This document shows positions 1 to 7,577 of a stretch of DNA of 64,000 bases, in pieces. Below the pieces are notes generated by a model, which was given only the letters and a program-made list of their open reading frames with translations, was not told the DNA's origin and made no database searches. The stretch is from a virus, in IMG/VR virus record IMGVR_UViG_3300025815_000010, positions 1 to 64,000 of that record. One strand, written 5' to 3'. The first letter of the stretch is position 1, and each line of letters begins with the position of its first letter. The position numbers and the translations under genes are program-made.

Positions 1-258
1 AAAATCAACAAGAAATAGGGTACCTCCCTCAACAGAATTTACTTGTCGAAGCTTTTCCTCTCTTAGCATCATGAATCTATGAAAACGGTCTATCTTTCCG
101 TAATACATGTTCTCTATAAACCAAAAGTTTCTAAACAACCCTGGGTATTGTTGCCTTATAGAATCTGGAATCCCTTCATTATTATATTTGCCCCTCTCGT
201 TAAAGAGTCTGCGTGTATTTGACTCTGTATTGGAGCCACGAAACTTTCTATAACTCAT
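1..258 (-). CDS. hypothetical protein, N-terminal 86 aa, runs off the window edge (not in ORF track)
   Basis: ATG at 258 overlaps the upstream TGA (ATGA coupling). The frame is open to position 1: MSYRKFRGSNTESNTRRLFNERGKY...FWFIENMYYGKID...GGTLFLVDF. Confidence 0.8.
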   Translation of the reverse strand, partial: MSYRKFRGSNTESNTRRLFNERGKYNNEGIPDSIRQQYPGLFRNFWFIENMYYGKIDRFHRFMMLREEKLRQVNSVEGGTLFLVDF

Positions 259-3206
259 GATCCACCCCCCTGCCCATTCATAGAGTTAGCAAGGTTTTCT
301 ATTTCTTTCTCCAAGTCTGCACAGGTTACTATCAACGTATCTCCAACACGACTCTGAGGACTCATAATAGAGGCAAGTCCGTCGCCGCTGGTCGTAAACA
401 AACATTCTAGAGTTGTTGTGTATCCAGACTGGGAGATTGAGTGATTAACGCTTATCACAACGTGATAACCACCAAGACCCATGATGTTGGCATTTGAATC
501 TTTTACTCCTGGGTCTCCTAAAAGGTCAGACCCAAGACCTCTTGGATTAATGAAGAGTTGACAGCCTGGGTAAAACAAATTGTTTCCGTACATGGTAACA
601 GTTGAGCGGTAAACGTTAGACAGTTGAAGTTCTGGCTTAAAATCACTTTGCTCGTACCTTGCTTCACGGAGAAACGGTTGGTTTGTAGCAGAAAACTCCA
701 TAGACTTAACCAGCCCTCTGTCTAGTGCTGTAGTTGCATGGAATATGCCATTCGACAAATCTCTCTCGTACCTGCTAGAAAACTCACTTGACTTCTCAAA
801 CGCCAATCTTCTTGGCTCTTTACCATAAGCATAAATAACAAAAAATTCATAACTTCTATCTAAACTTTTCCTATTGAAAGAATCAAAAACAAACTTTGTT
901 GTACCATTGTTTCTCTTGTTTTTTCTTCCAAAGATTCCGTTACTATCATGTTTTGGTATTGGTAAGTTTTTACCATACTCATCTAAGTCTAGGAATACAC
1001 CATCTCCTATCTTTTCGGCAATTGGATCTCCACCACCAGATGCAGAGTCTGCGCTGATCTGGGCGCTGTCTAGTAGCAAGTTAATTCTATTATCCCCGCT
1101 GTTACACTCTGGTCCAAGTGCTTCGAATACCAAATCCTTCATAACATCTCTCATAAAGAGAAGCAAGGGATAAGTATTCTTACGACCCTTTATGATCTTC
1201 TCTCTCATAAAATCAGTAAAAAGTTCAACGGACACTGGTATATCTGCTATATTTAGCATGATCTGTCCATCTTCACGAAGCGAAGGATTATCAAATGGGG
1301 CAGGCCCTAAAACAAACTTTATGTTTCCAAAATTTATTCTTCTAACATCAGAACTTGAATTAGTAGTTTTTTCTAAAACATTATTAACAGCAACTGCATA
1401 CAAATCACCAAGAAAGAAATAATTTATTTTTCTTACACCAGGCTCTAGAATATTGATATATTCTAGTGGAGCTGTGTCCTCACAACCATAATTCACAATA
1501 TTGAATTTTATTTCAGGGTCGGAAACACGATCTGTATCGGAAGTCTCTGTTACTGCTTCTGAAGAATTAATGTTAGCTGTATAGATACAATTATTGCTTG
1601 TTAATTCCTTTAATAAAGATAGATAAGCTTGCTCTCTTTCAACCTCAACTGTCTGTTCGTAAATCTTTCTCAGTTCTTTAATACTATCATCTGTACAATC
1701 AGAATTCTCTTTACTTTGATTAAGGGCGATTCTTGCGGTTGATATTTCATTTATTTTCTTTGCTCTTTCTTCTCTCCTAGCTATTACCTCTTCACTGAAT
1801 AGAACATCAGATCTCTTGTCCAACAGAACAGATTCAATACGTGCTCTAAAATCTAAAACTAATCTAACTGAACCGTCATCTTGAAACTGGAACTCATGCT
1901 TTGTTACAACCAAAAACATCTCTACTTGGTTATCTTTTATGGCTGCACTTAGATCATCAGATAACAGCCCGCCGCCACCCGTTGCTCCCCATCCTGCTCT
2001 TACTTTTATCTCATAGAAGTTTGGATTAAACTCTCTTATTTTCTTATTTGTGTTTTCTTCTAATACATTTCTGTATTTTGGTTCTAATAGCACAAGGTCA
2101 ATAATTCTATACCCACCCTCAAGAGACCTTCCGTTTTGATCTATACCTGGCCTAGTCTTAAACAACTCGTTAAAGTTCTGTGCATAGACAACCAATTTTG
2201 CTTCAATATCTTTTTTTGCAGTAGCAGGCTGCACACCTTTAAAGTTAAATGTAAAGCTCTCTATACCTATACCTACACCTCTCTGGAGTTGGCTATTTAA
2301 CATACTCTGCAAATCCAAAACTGGGTCCACATAAGTCGAAAACTGCATCTCAACTTCTCTAGGGGTCTTACTAGAACCTTCATAATATTGTTTATAAATA
2401 CGAACAGAAGGAGTCAACTGTGATAACTGATAATGTCTTATATCCAAGAACTCAGTACAACCTTTTGTTAGTCGTAACCTGTTCATGATAGTACCAGGGT
2501 CCGTTGTCGCAAGCTTGTGTATATTTTTATATTTTATATCTGTTCTTTTTCTCCCTGTTCTCTCTTCATGAAAGGAGGGTACAGGCTCAGGAGCTATGCT
2601 TTCTTCTATTACTTTTTTAATATTTTGTATTAAAAAGCACTGATCATCGTAAAGTGGCCTATCTTTTACTTCTTTTTCGGCGTCTTCAGAAACTTCTTCT
2701 TGCTCTTCTTCTTGTTCATCTGTAGCGGCCTGCTTCAGATTTTCTAACATTTCTTCGTCTAAGAAACATGCAGGTATTTGATTACCGTCACACCCAGCAA
2801 CCGTCTCTTCTCCTGCATTGCATGGAACACCCCTTTTCTCCAGCAACCTGTTAAATGCTTCTTGGGTTTCACATCTCCATATACCGTCAACACCATACTG
2901 GGGCAGAACTGTGCTTGGTTGGTCTTGTCTACCTTCCGGGTCTAACTCTTTTATCATTAGGATCTGGAGGTCTTTTACCCTCTGGTCTCCTAGACCTGGG
3001 CCAACAGGGTTGGTGCTCGATGCTAATCCTTCTTCATTGAAGGTTCTGTCAACACGGCTCCTGTCATCGTTACCAGTACCATACCCAAAAGGTTCAGAGA
3101 CGTCAATATTATAAGCTTCCAGATCAACACTAGGTGGAAGGTTTGTAGTATTTGGTCTCTCTGGTGGAGTCTCTTGTTGTCTCTTGTCTGTATCGGCTCC
3201 TGACAT
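255..3206 (-). CDS. putative baseplate hub protein (T4 gp27/P2 gpD-like C-terminus) with an N-terminal peptidoglycan-binding-like segment
   Basis: 983 aa. C-terminal pattern TVTMYGN..FYPG..LFINP...GGYHVVISVNHSIS..GYTTTLEC is typical of hub proteins. Lies after the tape measure, tube initiator and LysM genes. PGBD-like VKDLQ...YGVDGIW..ET..AF near aa 75-125. Confidence 0.6.
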   Translation of the reverse strand: MSGADTDKRQQETPPERPNTTNLPPSVDLEAYNIDVSEPFGYGTGNDDRSRVDRTFNEEGLASSTNPVGPGLGDQRVKDLQILMIKELDPEGRQDQPSTVLPQYGVDGIWRCETQEAFNRLLEKRGVPCNAGEETVAGCDGNQIPACFLDEEMLENLKQAATDEQEEEQEEVSEDAEKEVKDRPLYDDQCFLIQNIKKVIEESIAPEPVPSFHEERTGRKRTDIKYKNIHKLATTDPGTIMNRLRLTKGCTEFLDIRHYQLSQLTPSVRIYKQYYEGSSKTPREVEMQFSTYVDPVLDLQSMLNSQLQRGVGIGIESFTFNFKGVQPATAKKDIEAKLVVYAQNFNELFKTRPGIDQNGRSLEGGYRIIDLVLLEPKYRNVLEENTNKKIREFNPNFYEIKVRAGWGATGGGGLLSDDLSAAIKDNQVEMFLVVTKHEFQFQDDGSVRLVLDFRARIESVLLDKRSDVLFSEEVIARREERAKKINEISTARIALNQSKENSDCTDDSIKELRKIYEQTVEVEREQAYLSLLKELTSNNCIYTANINSSEAVTETSDTDRVSDPEIKFNIVNYGCEDTAPLEYINILEPGVRKINYFFLGDLYAVAVNNVLEKTTNSSSDVRRINFGNIKFVLGPAPFDNPSLREDGQIMLNIADIPVSVELFTDFMREKIIKGRKNTYPLLLFMRDVMKDLVFEALGPECNSGDNRINLLLDSAQISADSASGGGDPIAEKIGDGVFLDLDEYGKNLPIPKHDSNGIFGRKNKRNNGTTKFVFDSFNRKSLDRSYEFFVIYAYGKEPRRLAFEKSSEFSSRYERDLSNGIFHATTALDRGLVKSMEFSATNQPFLREARYEQSDFKPELQLSNVYRSTVTMYGNNLFYPGCQLFINPRGLGSDLLGDPGVKDSNANIMGLGGYHVVISVNHSISQSGYTTTLECLFTTSGDGLASIMSPQSRVGDTLIVTCADLEKEIENLANSMNGQGGGS

Positions 3207-3208
3207 CC

Positions 3209-3544
3209 TTAAACTCCGAGGTAGCTTAGAACCCTATCAATCGGGTGTGGTATGTAAATAACATCTCCATAACTTACGTTGGCCTCTGTTGGTCTCTTAT
3301 TGAACCAAGCTATGACCCACCAGAGCCTAGAGTCCCCGTAGTGGTCGAATGCTAGTTTGTAGTATCTATCGCCTGTTTTCCAAACATGGTTTATAATATT
3401 TAATGATGCTATCTGCTCTCTCGTGGGATGCTGTAATTCTGGCGTAACGTATTGTCTAACCCCTGAAACCTCTCTTTCCTCAAAAGTTGCCTCATAGAAT
3501 TCATCTTTATTAAATATTATTTCTCTTCCAGAATATCTAGACAT
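3209..3544 (-). CDS. LysM-type baseplate protein (T4 gp53/P2 gpX-like)
   Basis: HVWKTGDRYYKLAFDHYGDSRLWWVIAWFN...GDVIYIP is the LysM/tail-X signature; synteny fits. Confidence 0.8.
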   Translation of the reverse strand: MSRYSGREIIFNKDEFYEATFEEREVSGVRQYVTPELQHPTREQIASLNIINHVWKTGDRYYKLAFDHYGDSRLWWVIAWFNKRPTEANVSYGDVIYIPHPIDRVLSYLGV

Positions 3545-4338
3545 TAATCATTCCCACCTAATATTTCGTTGATCGCAACTTCTTGAATAGCTTCGCCGGT
3601 ATCAAAATCGCCAATGAATGCAGTCGAGCCCCTTTGAGATCCCGCAGACCATGGGAAGAGAGAAGCGTCTGCCCCCCATGACGGTGCTGCTGCCTCTGCG
3701 AAATCTTGCCTACGATCATTAACTTTTTGTACATCTCGTGTTCTCGGATTGCCATTTGCTCTATTTGCGGAAAGCTGTACAGCTTCTGACTTCTCCCACC
3801 CAAGGGTGTGCTGGTGCAGGACAGAAAAGCCAATACTTAATGTGATAAGCTTTGGATAAAGCTTGTTCACAGGGTCGAAAAACCCTTCTTTAATGTTTGG
3901 GTTCCACCGTAAATTGTTTATAACACCAAGCAAGCCACAAGTCCTGACATCTCCGTCAAAGCCCCTAGATGCATCGAATATAAGATTAGCAAATTTAATC
4001 TTTACAAGCGGCCCCTTAGAGATAGTAGAAGCACTGTCAACTCTAGAATACTCTGGATACAACATTCTTGTTAGAGTCGAGGTTTTTTGTAAGTTTCCTA
4101 TTGAATCCTGTAGACTAAAGGCAGGAATTTTCCAGCTTAAATCGATATTTCTTTGTGTGCCTTGATAAGTTTGTATAGGATCCGGTCTCCCTAGCACTGG
4201 CTGAGGGTTCCACCGACACTGGAAGCTCTCTGTATACGTCTCTAAGAAAGCTTTGAAAGATACTTGAGCACCAGAAAAAGTCTGATAGAATTCCAAGACT
4301 TGTCCTTTTCTCTCTAATGTGTCTGTAGGATCATACAT
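3544..4338 (-). CDS. tail tube initiator / baseplate-tube junction protein (gp48/gp54-like)
   Basis: 264 aa; FKAFL..Y.ESF...WNPQPVLGRPDPIQTYQGTQRNI.LSW motif; lies between tape measure and LysM protein. Confidence 0.65.
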   Translation of the reverse strand: MYDPTDTLERKGQVLEFYQTFSGAQVSFKAFLETYTESFQCRWNPQPVLGRPDPIQTYQGTQRNIDLSWKIPAFSLQDSIGNLQKTSTLTRMLYPEYSRVDSASTISKGPLVKIKFANLIFDASRGFDGDVRTCGLLGVINNLRWNPNIKEGFFDPVNKLYPKLITLSIGFSVLHQHTLGWEKSEAVQLSANRANGNPRTRDVQKVNDRRQDFAEAAAPSWGADASLFPWSAGSQRGSTAFIGDFDTGEAIQEVAINEILGGND

Positions 4339-4353
4339 TATGATTTCTCCTTA

Positions 4354-5892
4354 CTATGGTGCATCAAGTGCTGCCACTCTGGCATCTATCTCTTTCCCAT
4401 CTAGGAATATTTGGAATCTGTAGACGGGCTGCCCTTCGCTATCTTTTTGTACTTTCCCTGCTTCTCTGTCTCTAGCTGCTATGGATTCACCTTTTATTTT
4501 TTCTAAGTTTTCAGTCGTAACGCCCATCTTGGCCCCTATGTTAGTGAGCATATCGTTAACAATTTCAAGGGCAGCACTAATACCTTCGTTTCCAACAACC
4601 GCGTTTCTAAGATTCTCTGCTGATTCAATGGCTGGTGTGAATGTGTTTTGGTTAACTACATCAAGTTTTTGAGCAATTCCATCTACCCCAAGAGCGACAT
4701 CTTCAAGGATTTGCATATTATCTTGGGTCGTTCTCCTTTTTTGCGCTTCGTCCGAAAGTTCAGATTGAGATTTTGCCACGGCATCGGTCGTATCAATAAG
4801 ATCATTAAAACCCCCATCTAAAAGCTGTGTTAGCTCTAGGGCATTGTTAATGCCTGGAGTTGCCGCTACAAATGCCTGTATTTGTCGTCTAGACATATTT
4901 TCGACGCTTACCCCAGCATCTTGAAAAGCTTGTGACAACATCTGCATTCTTTCTACGGGCGTCTCTGCCATTGTTAGTTCAACAGAGTTTAGGAACGGCC
5001 CACCCAATAGGGCATTAAGTTGCCCAACAGCCTGTGTAGAACCTTCAAATGTGTCTGTAAGATTAAACACTTCTTGAAATTTACTAAATTCTAAACCTGT
5101 TGATTTTGCGGCTGCTGCTGTTTGGCGGAAAACTCGTTCTGCCTCTGAACCAAACATTAGCATACTTGGCATTTGTGTGTTAAAGGTTGTAAACATCTCT
5201 TGAGACGTAACGCCCAATTCTTCTGCAAAGTTTTCCAATCCAAGTGTAGAGCGGACAATAGAACCCTCTGACTGGTTAAGTCCTTTTCTAAGAATCTGGA
5301 ATGTTGCTGCTGTTGTTTCAGAACCAATCCCAACAGCCTCAAGAGCTACTGCTGCATCTGCCAGAGCGGTCTCGGCTGGACTTATGCCTCCTTTCGTAAA
5401 ATCAGTAAATGTTTTTGTAAGATTAGTATATACATCGCCCATCTCCGCACCGGACAGGCCGAATTCTCTATTCCTAAAAGTAGCATCTATAATTTTTTGA
5501 TTGTATTGCCCAGCAAAACCAGTGCCTTGGTTAAACGACCTAGCTGACTCTAATTGGTCTCTTATCACTCTCCGAGTAGCACCAGCGAGCCCTCCGAGTT
5601 CTCCCTCAAGCAACGCTATCTGTGTTTTGTAAGCCACCACGCCGCCAACTCCAGCAGTAAATGACTCCATCTGCTCCTCAGTGGCTCCGGTGGCATCCAT
5701 AATAGCTGCCTTGACCTGATCAAATGCGGTACCTACGTCAGTAAAATTTGTTACTGTATCAAATATACTTTGACCAAATTGTGTAATAGTATCTGTAGCA
5801 CTCTTAAATGACGTAGTCAAATCGTCAACCTGTTGCTTGGTCACGGTTATCCCTTGAGCACTGAGTAGTTGCATTATTTGATTTGGATCCAT
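4354..5892 (-). CDS. putative tape measure protein
   Basis: 512 aa, Ala/Gln/Thr-rich and helical (DTFEGSTQAVGQLNALLGG), C-terminal IFLDGKEI; directly follows tube and chaperone genes. Confidence 0.65.
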   Translation of the reverse strand: MDPNQIMQLLSAQGITVTKQQVDDLTTSFKSATDTITQFGQSIFDTVTNFTDVGTAFDQVKAAIMDATGATEEQMESFTAGVGGVVAYKTQIALLEGELGGLAGATRRVIRDQLESARSFNQGTGFAGQYNQKIIDATFRNREFGLSGAEMGDVYTNLTKTFTDFTKGGISPAETALADAAVALEAVGIGSETTAATFQILRKGLNQSEGSIVRSTLGLENFAEELGVTSQEMFTTFNTQMPSMLMFGSEAERVFRQTAAAAKSTGLEFSKFQEVFNLTDTFEGSTQAVGQLNALLGGPFLNSVELTMAETPVERMQMLSQAFQDAGVSVENMSRRQIQAFVAATPGINNALELTQLLDGGFNDLIDTTDAVAKSQSELSDEAQKRRTTQDNMQILEDVALGVDGIAQKLDVVNQNTFTPAIESAENLRNAVVGNEGISAALEIVNDMLTNIGAKMGVTTENLEKIKGESIAARDREAGKVQKDSEGQPVYRFQIFLDGKEIDARVAALDAP

Positions 5893-5910
5893 AACAAGCC
5901 CTCTATCTTA

Positions 5911-5918
5911 TAAGTAGT
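5911..5918 (-). promoter_or_regulatory. candidate late promoter motif ACTACTTA
   Basis: 18 nt upstream of the tape measure start; variant of the recurrent motif. Confidence 0.45.
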
Positions 5919-5926
5919 GCTTTATA

Positions 5927-6097
5927 TTAGATTTTATTTCTGCCTACTTCGTCTTCTTTTTGTTTTATAAGGCGTTTAACGAACCATCTACGTATGGCAA
6001 TCGGGAGCGAATAAGACTCTGCGAATGACCAATTGCCATAGTAGCTCAAGAAGAAAAACTCTTCATACATGGACTCTACGTAGTTTTCAGGAAGGCC
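5927..6097 (-). CDS. gp51-like baseplate hub assembly / tail chaperone C-terminal module, probably reached by frameshift (own ATG at 6070 would give 47 aa)
   Basis: Not in ORF track. The +1 frame reads GLPENYVESMYEEFFFLSYYGNWSFAESYSLPIAIRRWFVKRLIKQKEDEVGRNKI*, resembling the gp51/GT-type pattern (F.L..Y..WS..E...LP...R.W). It fills the gap between chaperone and tape measure. Confidence 0.75.
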   Translation of the reverse strand, partial: GLPENYVESMYEEFFFLSYYGNWSFAESYSLPIAIRRWFVKRLIKQKEDEVGRNKI

Positions 6098-6914
6098 AAA
6101 AAAAGTCGATACCTAGTGGCACCGCCCTGACCACTACGTGTTGACAGTTGGGGCACTCTATTCTCTGATCCATATCGAGTGATGGTGTTGCCCTGTCATA
6201 TGCTTTCTTTACTTCTCTAGAATCCATAGCTGGCATGTTATCAATAAAATTCTCTACTTCTTGTCTAGCGCTAATAGAGTTTACAGACACAATAACCATC
6301 TTTAAGAAATCAGTTCTGTTCCTTTCTGGAAGGTTATTCTTTCTATTTGTATCCCTCATGTTCTCTAGATAGGATTGTTGTTTTGCACTGAGAATTCTTA
6401 TCTCTGCTGTAAAGCCAGAACGTGGCAAGACAATACTAAATGTACCAGCTGGTGAAACAGTGAGGTCCTCTGGGACTTCCTTGATAGGAATATTAACCAG
6501 ATCTACAACATGATCATGGTTTGTGCCACACGATGGACATTTAACATTAGAAACATACTCTGGGCCATAACCTGTTGCTCTAGCAGCAATCATGATAGCA
6601 CTCTTGTCGCCAGGATAAAGTGTATTGACATCGATAGAACTATCTACCAACACACTTTGGATAAGCCTATCAATCACAATCCCTCGACTGATGAGAGCTT
6701 GTGAAGTAAGAATATCTTCTTCTTTTGCTGACATATAACGAATCTCCACTTCAGACTTAAGATGAAGTGGGTGCCCCTCAGGATAGAACTTTCCTTGAGT
6801 TGGTAGTTCTACAAACTCTGTTGGGTTAGTGAAGCTCAAAGCTCCACTGAACTGTGGTGTAGGAGGGGCTGCTTGAAGAGCAGCGGTCCTTGCACCATTA
6901 TTTCTCTTAGCCAA
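6087..6914 (-). CDS. T4 gp26-like baseplate hub assembly / tail assembly chaperone
   Basis: VELPTQGKFYP, IRYMSAKEEDIL, AARATGYG.EY, two CxxC pairs (CPSC, CPNC), terminal DFFWP. Confidence 0.8.
   Translation of the reverse strand: MAKRNNGARTAALQAAPPTPQFSGALSFTNPTEFVELPTQGKFYPEGHPLHLKSEVEIRYMSAKEEDILTSQALISRGIVIDRLIQSVLVDSSIDVNTLYPGDKSAIMIAARATGYGPEYVSNVKCPSCGTNHDHVVDLVNIPIKEVPEDLTVSPAGTFSIVLPRSGFTAEIRILSAKQQSYLENMRDTNRKNNLPERNRTDFLKMVIVSVNSISARQEVENFIDNMPAMDSREVKKAYDRATPSLDMDQRIECPNCQHVVVRAVPLGIDFFWPS
6098..6104 (-). other. candidate programmed frameshift site (GAC UUU UUU UGG; U7)
   Basis: Seven U, three codons before the chaperone stop. The +1 frame is closed by a TAG three codons upstream and stays open for 56 codons downstream. 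Confidence 0.65.
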
Positions 6915-6930
6915 ATAACACCTCTATTTA

Positions 6931-7530
6931 TTAGTAACTCTGCCCAGGACCCCAATACTTGTTTAGGCCAGGAGCCGGATCTTCTGAGCCTGGACCTGGA
7001 TCTGCCTTGTTCTGCGTCTCAATTGCAGCCCAGTCATATCGGAACTTAGCAGTAAGGGAAGTAAGGCCCTCTTCACCATACTTGAGTGTTCCACCGAAAT
7101 CAACAGATGTGATGAAAGCGTTTGTAAGAGTCCAACGCTCTAGAACGGTACCATCCGAATCAATTTGCTCGATAACAACAGACTGGACAGCATCAACTGC
7201 TTCTCTCTTAGAAATAGTTGTAACATCGTTAACGTTTGTGGGTGGCACATAACCAGAATCAAAAAGAATTCTTGTTAAGTTGATTGAAGCATCTGGGCTT
7301 ACTGGATCAACCAACTCGATTGTTACTTCGTTCCAAGTAACCTTACCGGGATAGTAGAAAGTATGGTTTAAAAACTCATGGCTACTAGGGTTCACTGTTA
7401 CTGATGGTTTGGTAACGGACTTAGCATACCATGTAGCTCCATCAGGCATGGAACCAATACGCACTAGAAATCTAAAATTTCTTTTTGGTGAAACTTGTGA
7501 AGAGGTCCAAAAACCTGCTGAATTTGCCAT
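6931..7530 (-). CDS. tail tube protein (T4 gp19-like)
   Basis: PKRNFRF, KSVTKPS, YYPGKVTWNEVTIELVDPVSP, ERWTL.NAFITSVDFG..L.Y, RYDWA; follows the sheath gene. Confidence 0.9.
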   Translation of the reverse strand: MANSAGFWTSSQVSPKRNFRFLVRIGSMPDGATWYAKSVTKPSVTVNPSSHEFLNHTFYYPGKVTWNEVTIELVDPVSPDASINLTRILFDSGYVPPTNVNDVTTISKREAVDAVQSVVIEQIDSDGTVLERWTLTNAFITSVDFGGTLKYGEEGLTSLTAKFRYDWAAIETQNKADPGPGSEDPAPGLNKYWGPGQSY

Positions 7531-7557
7531 TTATAGTTTTCTCCTTATATCCTGTTT

Positions 7558-7565
7558 TAATTAGT
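7558..7565 (-). promoter_or_regulatory. candidate late promoter motif ACTAATTA
   Basis: 27 nt upstream of the tail tube start. Confidence 0.55.
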
Positions 7566-7577
7566 CACTTAATTTAA

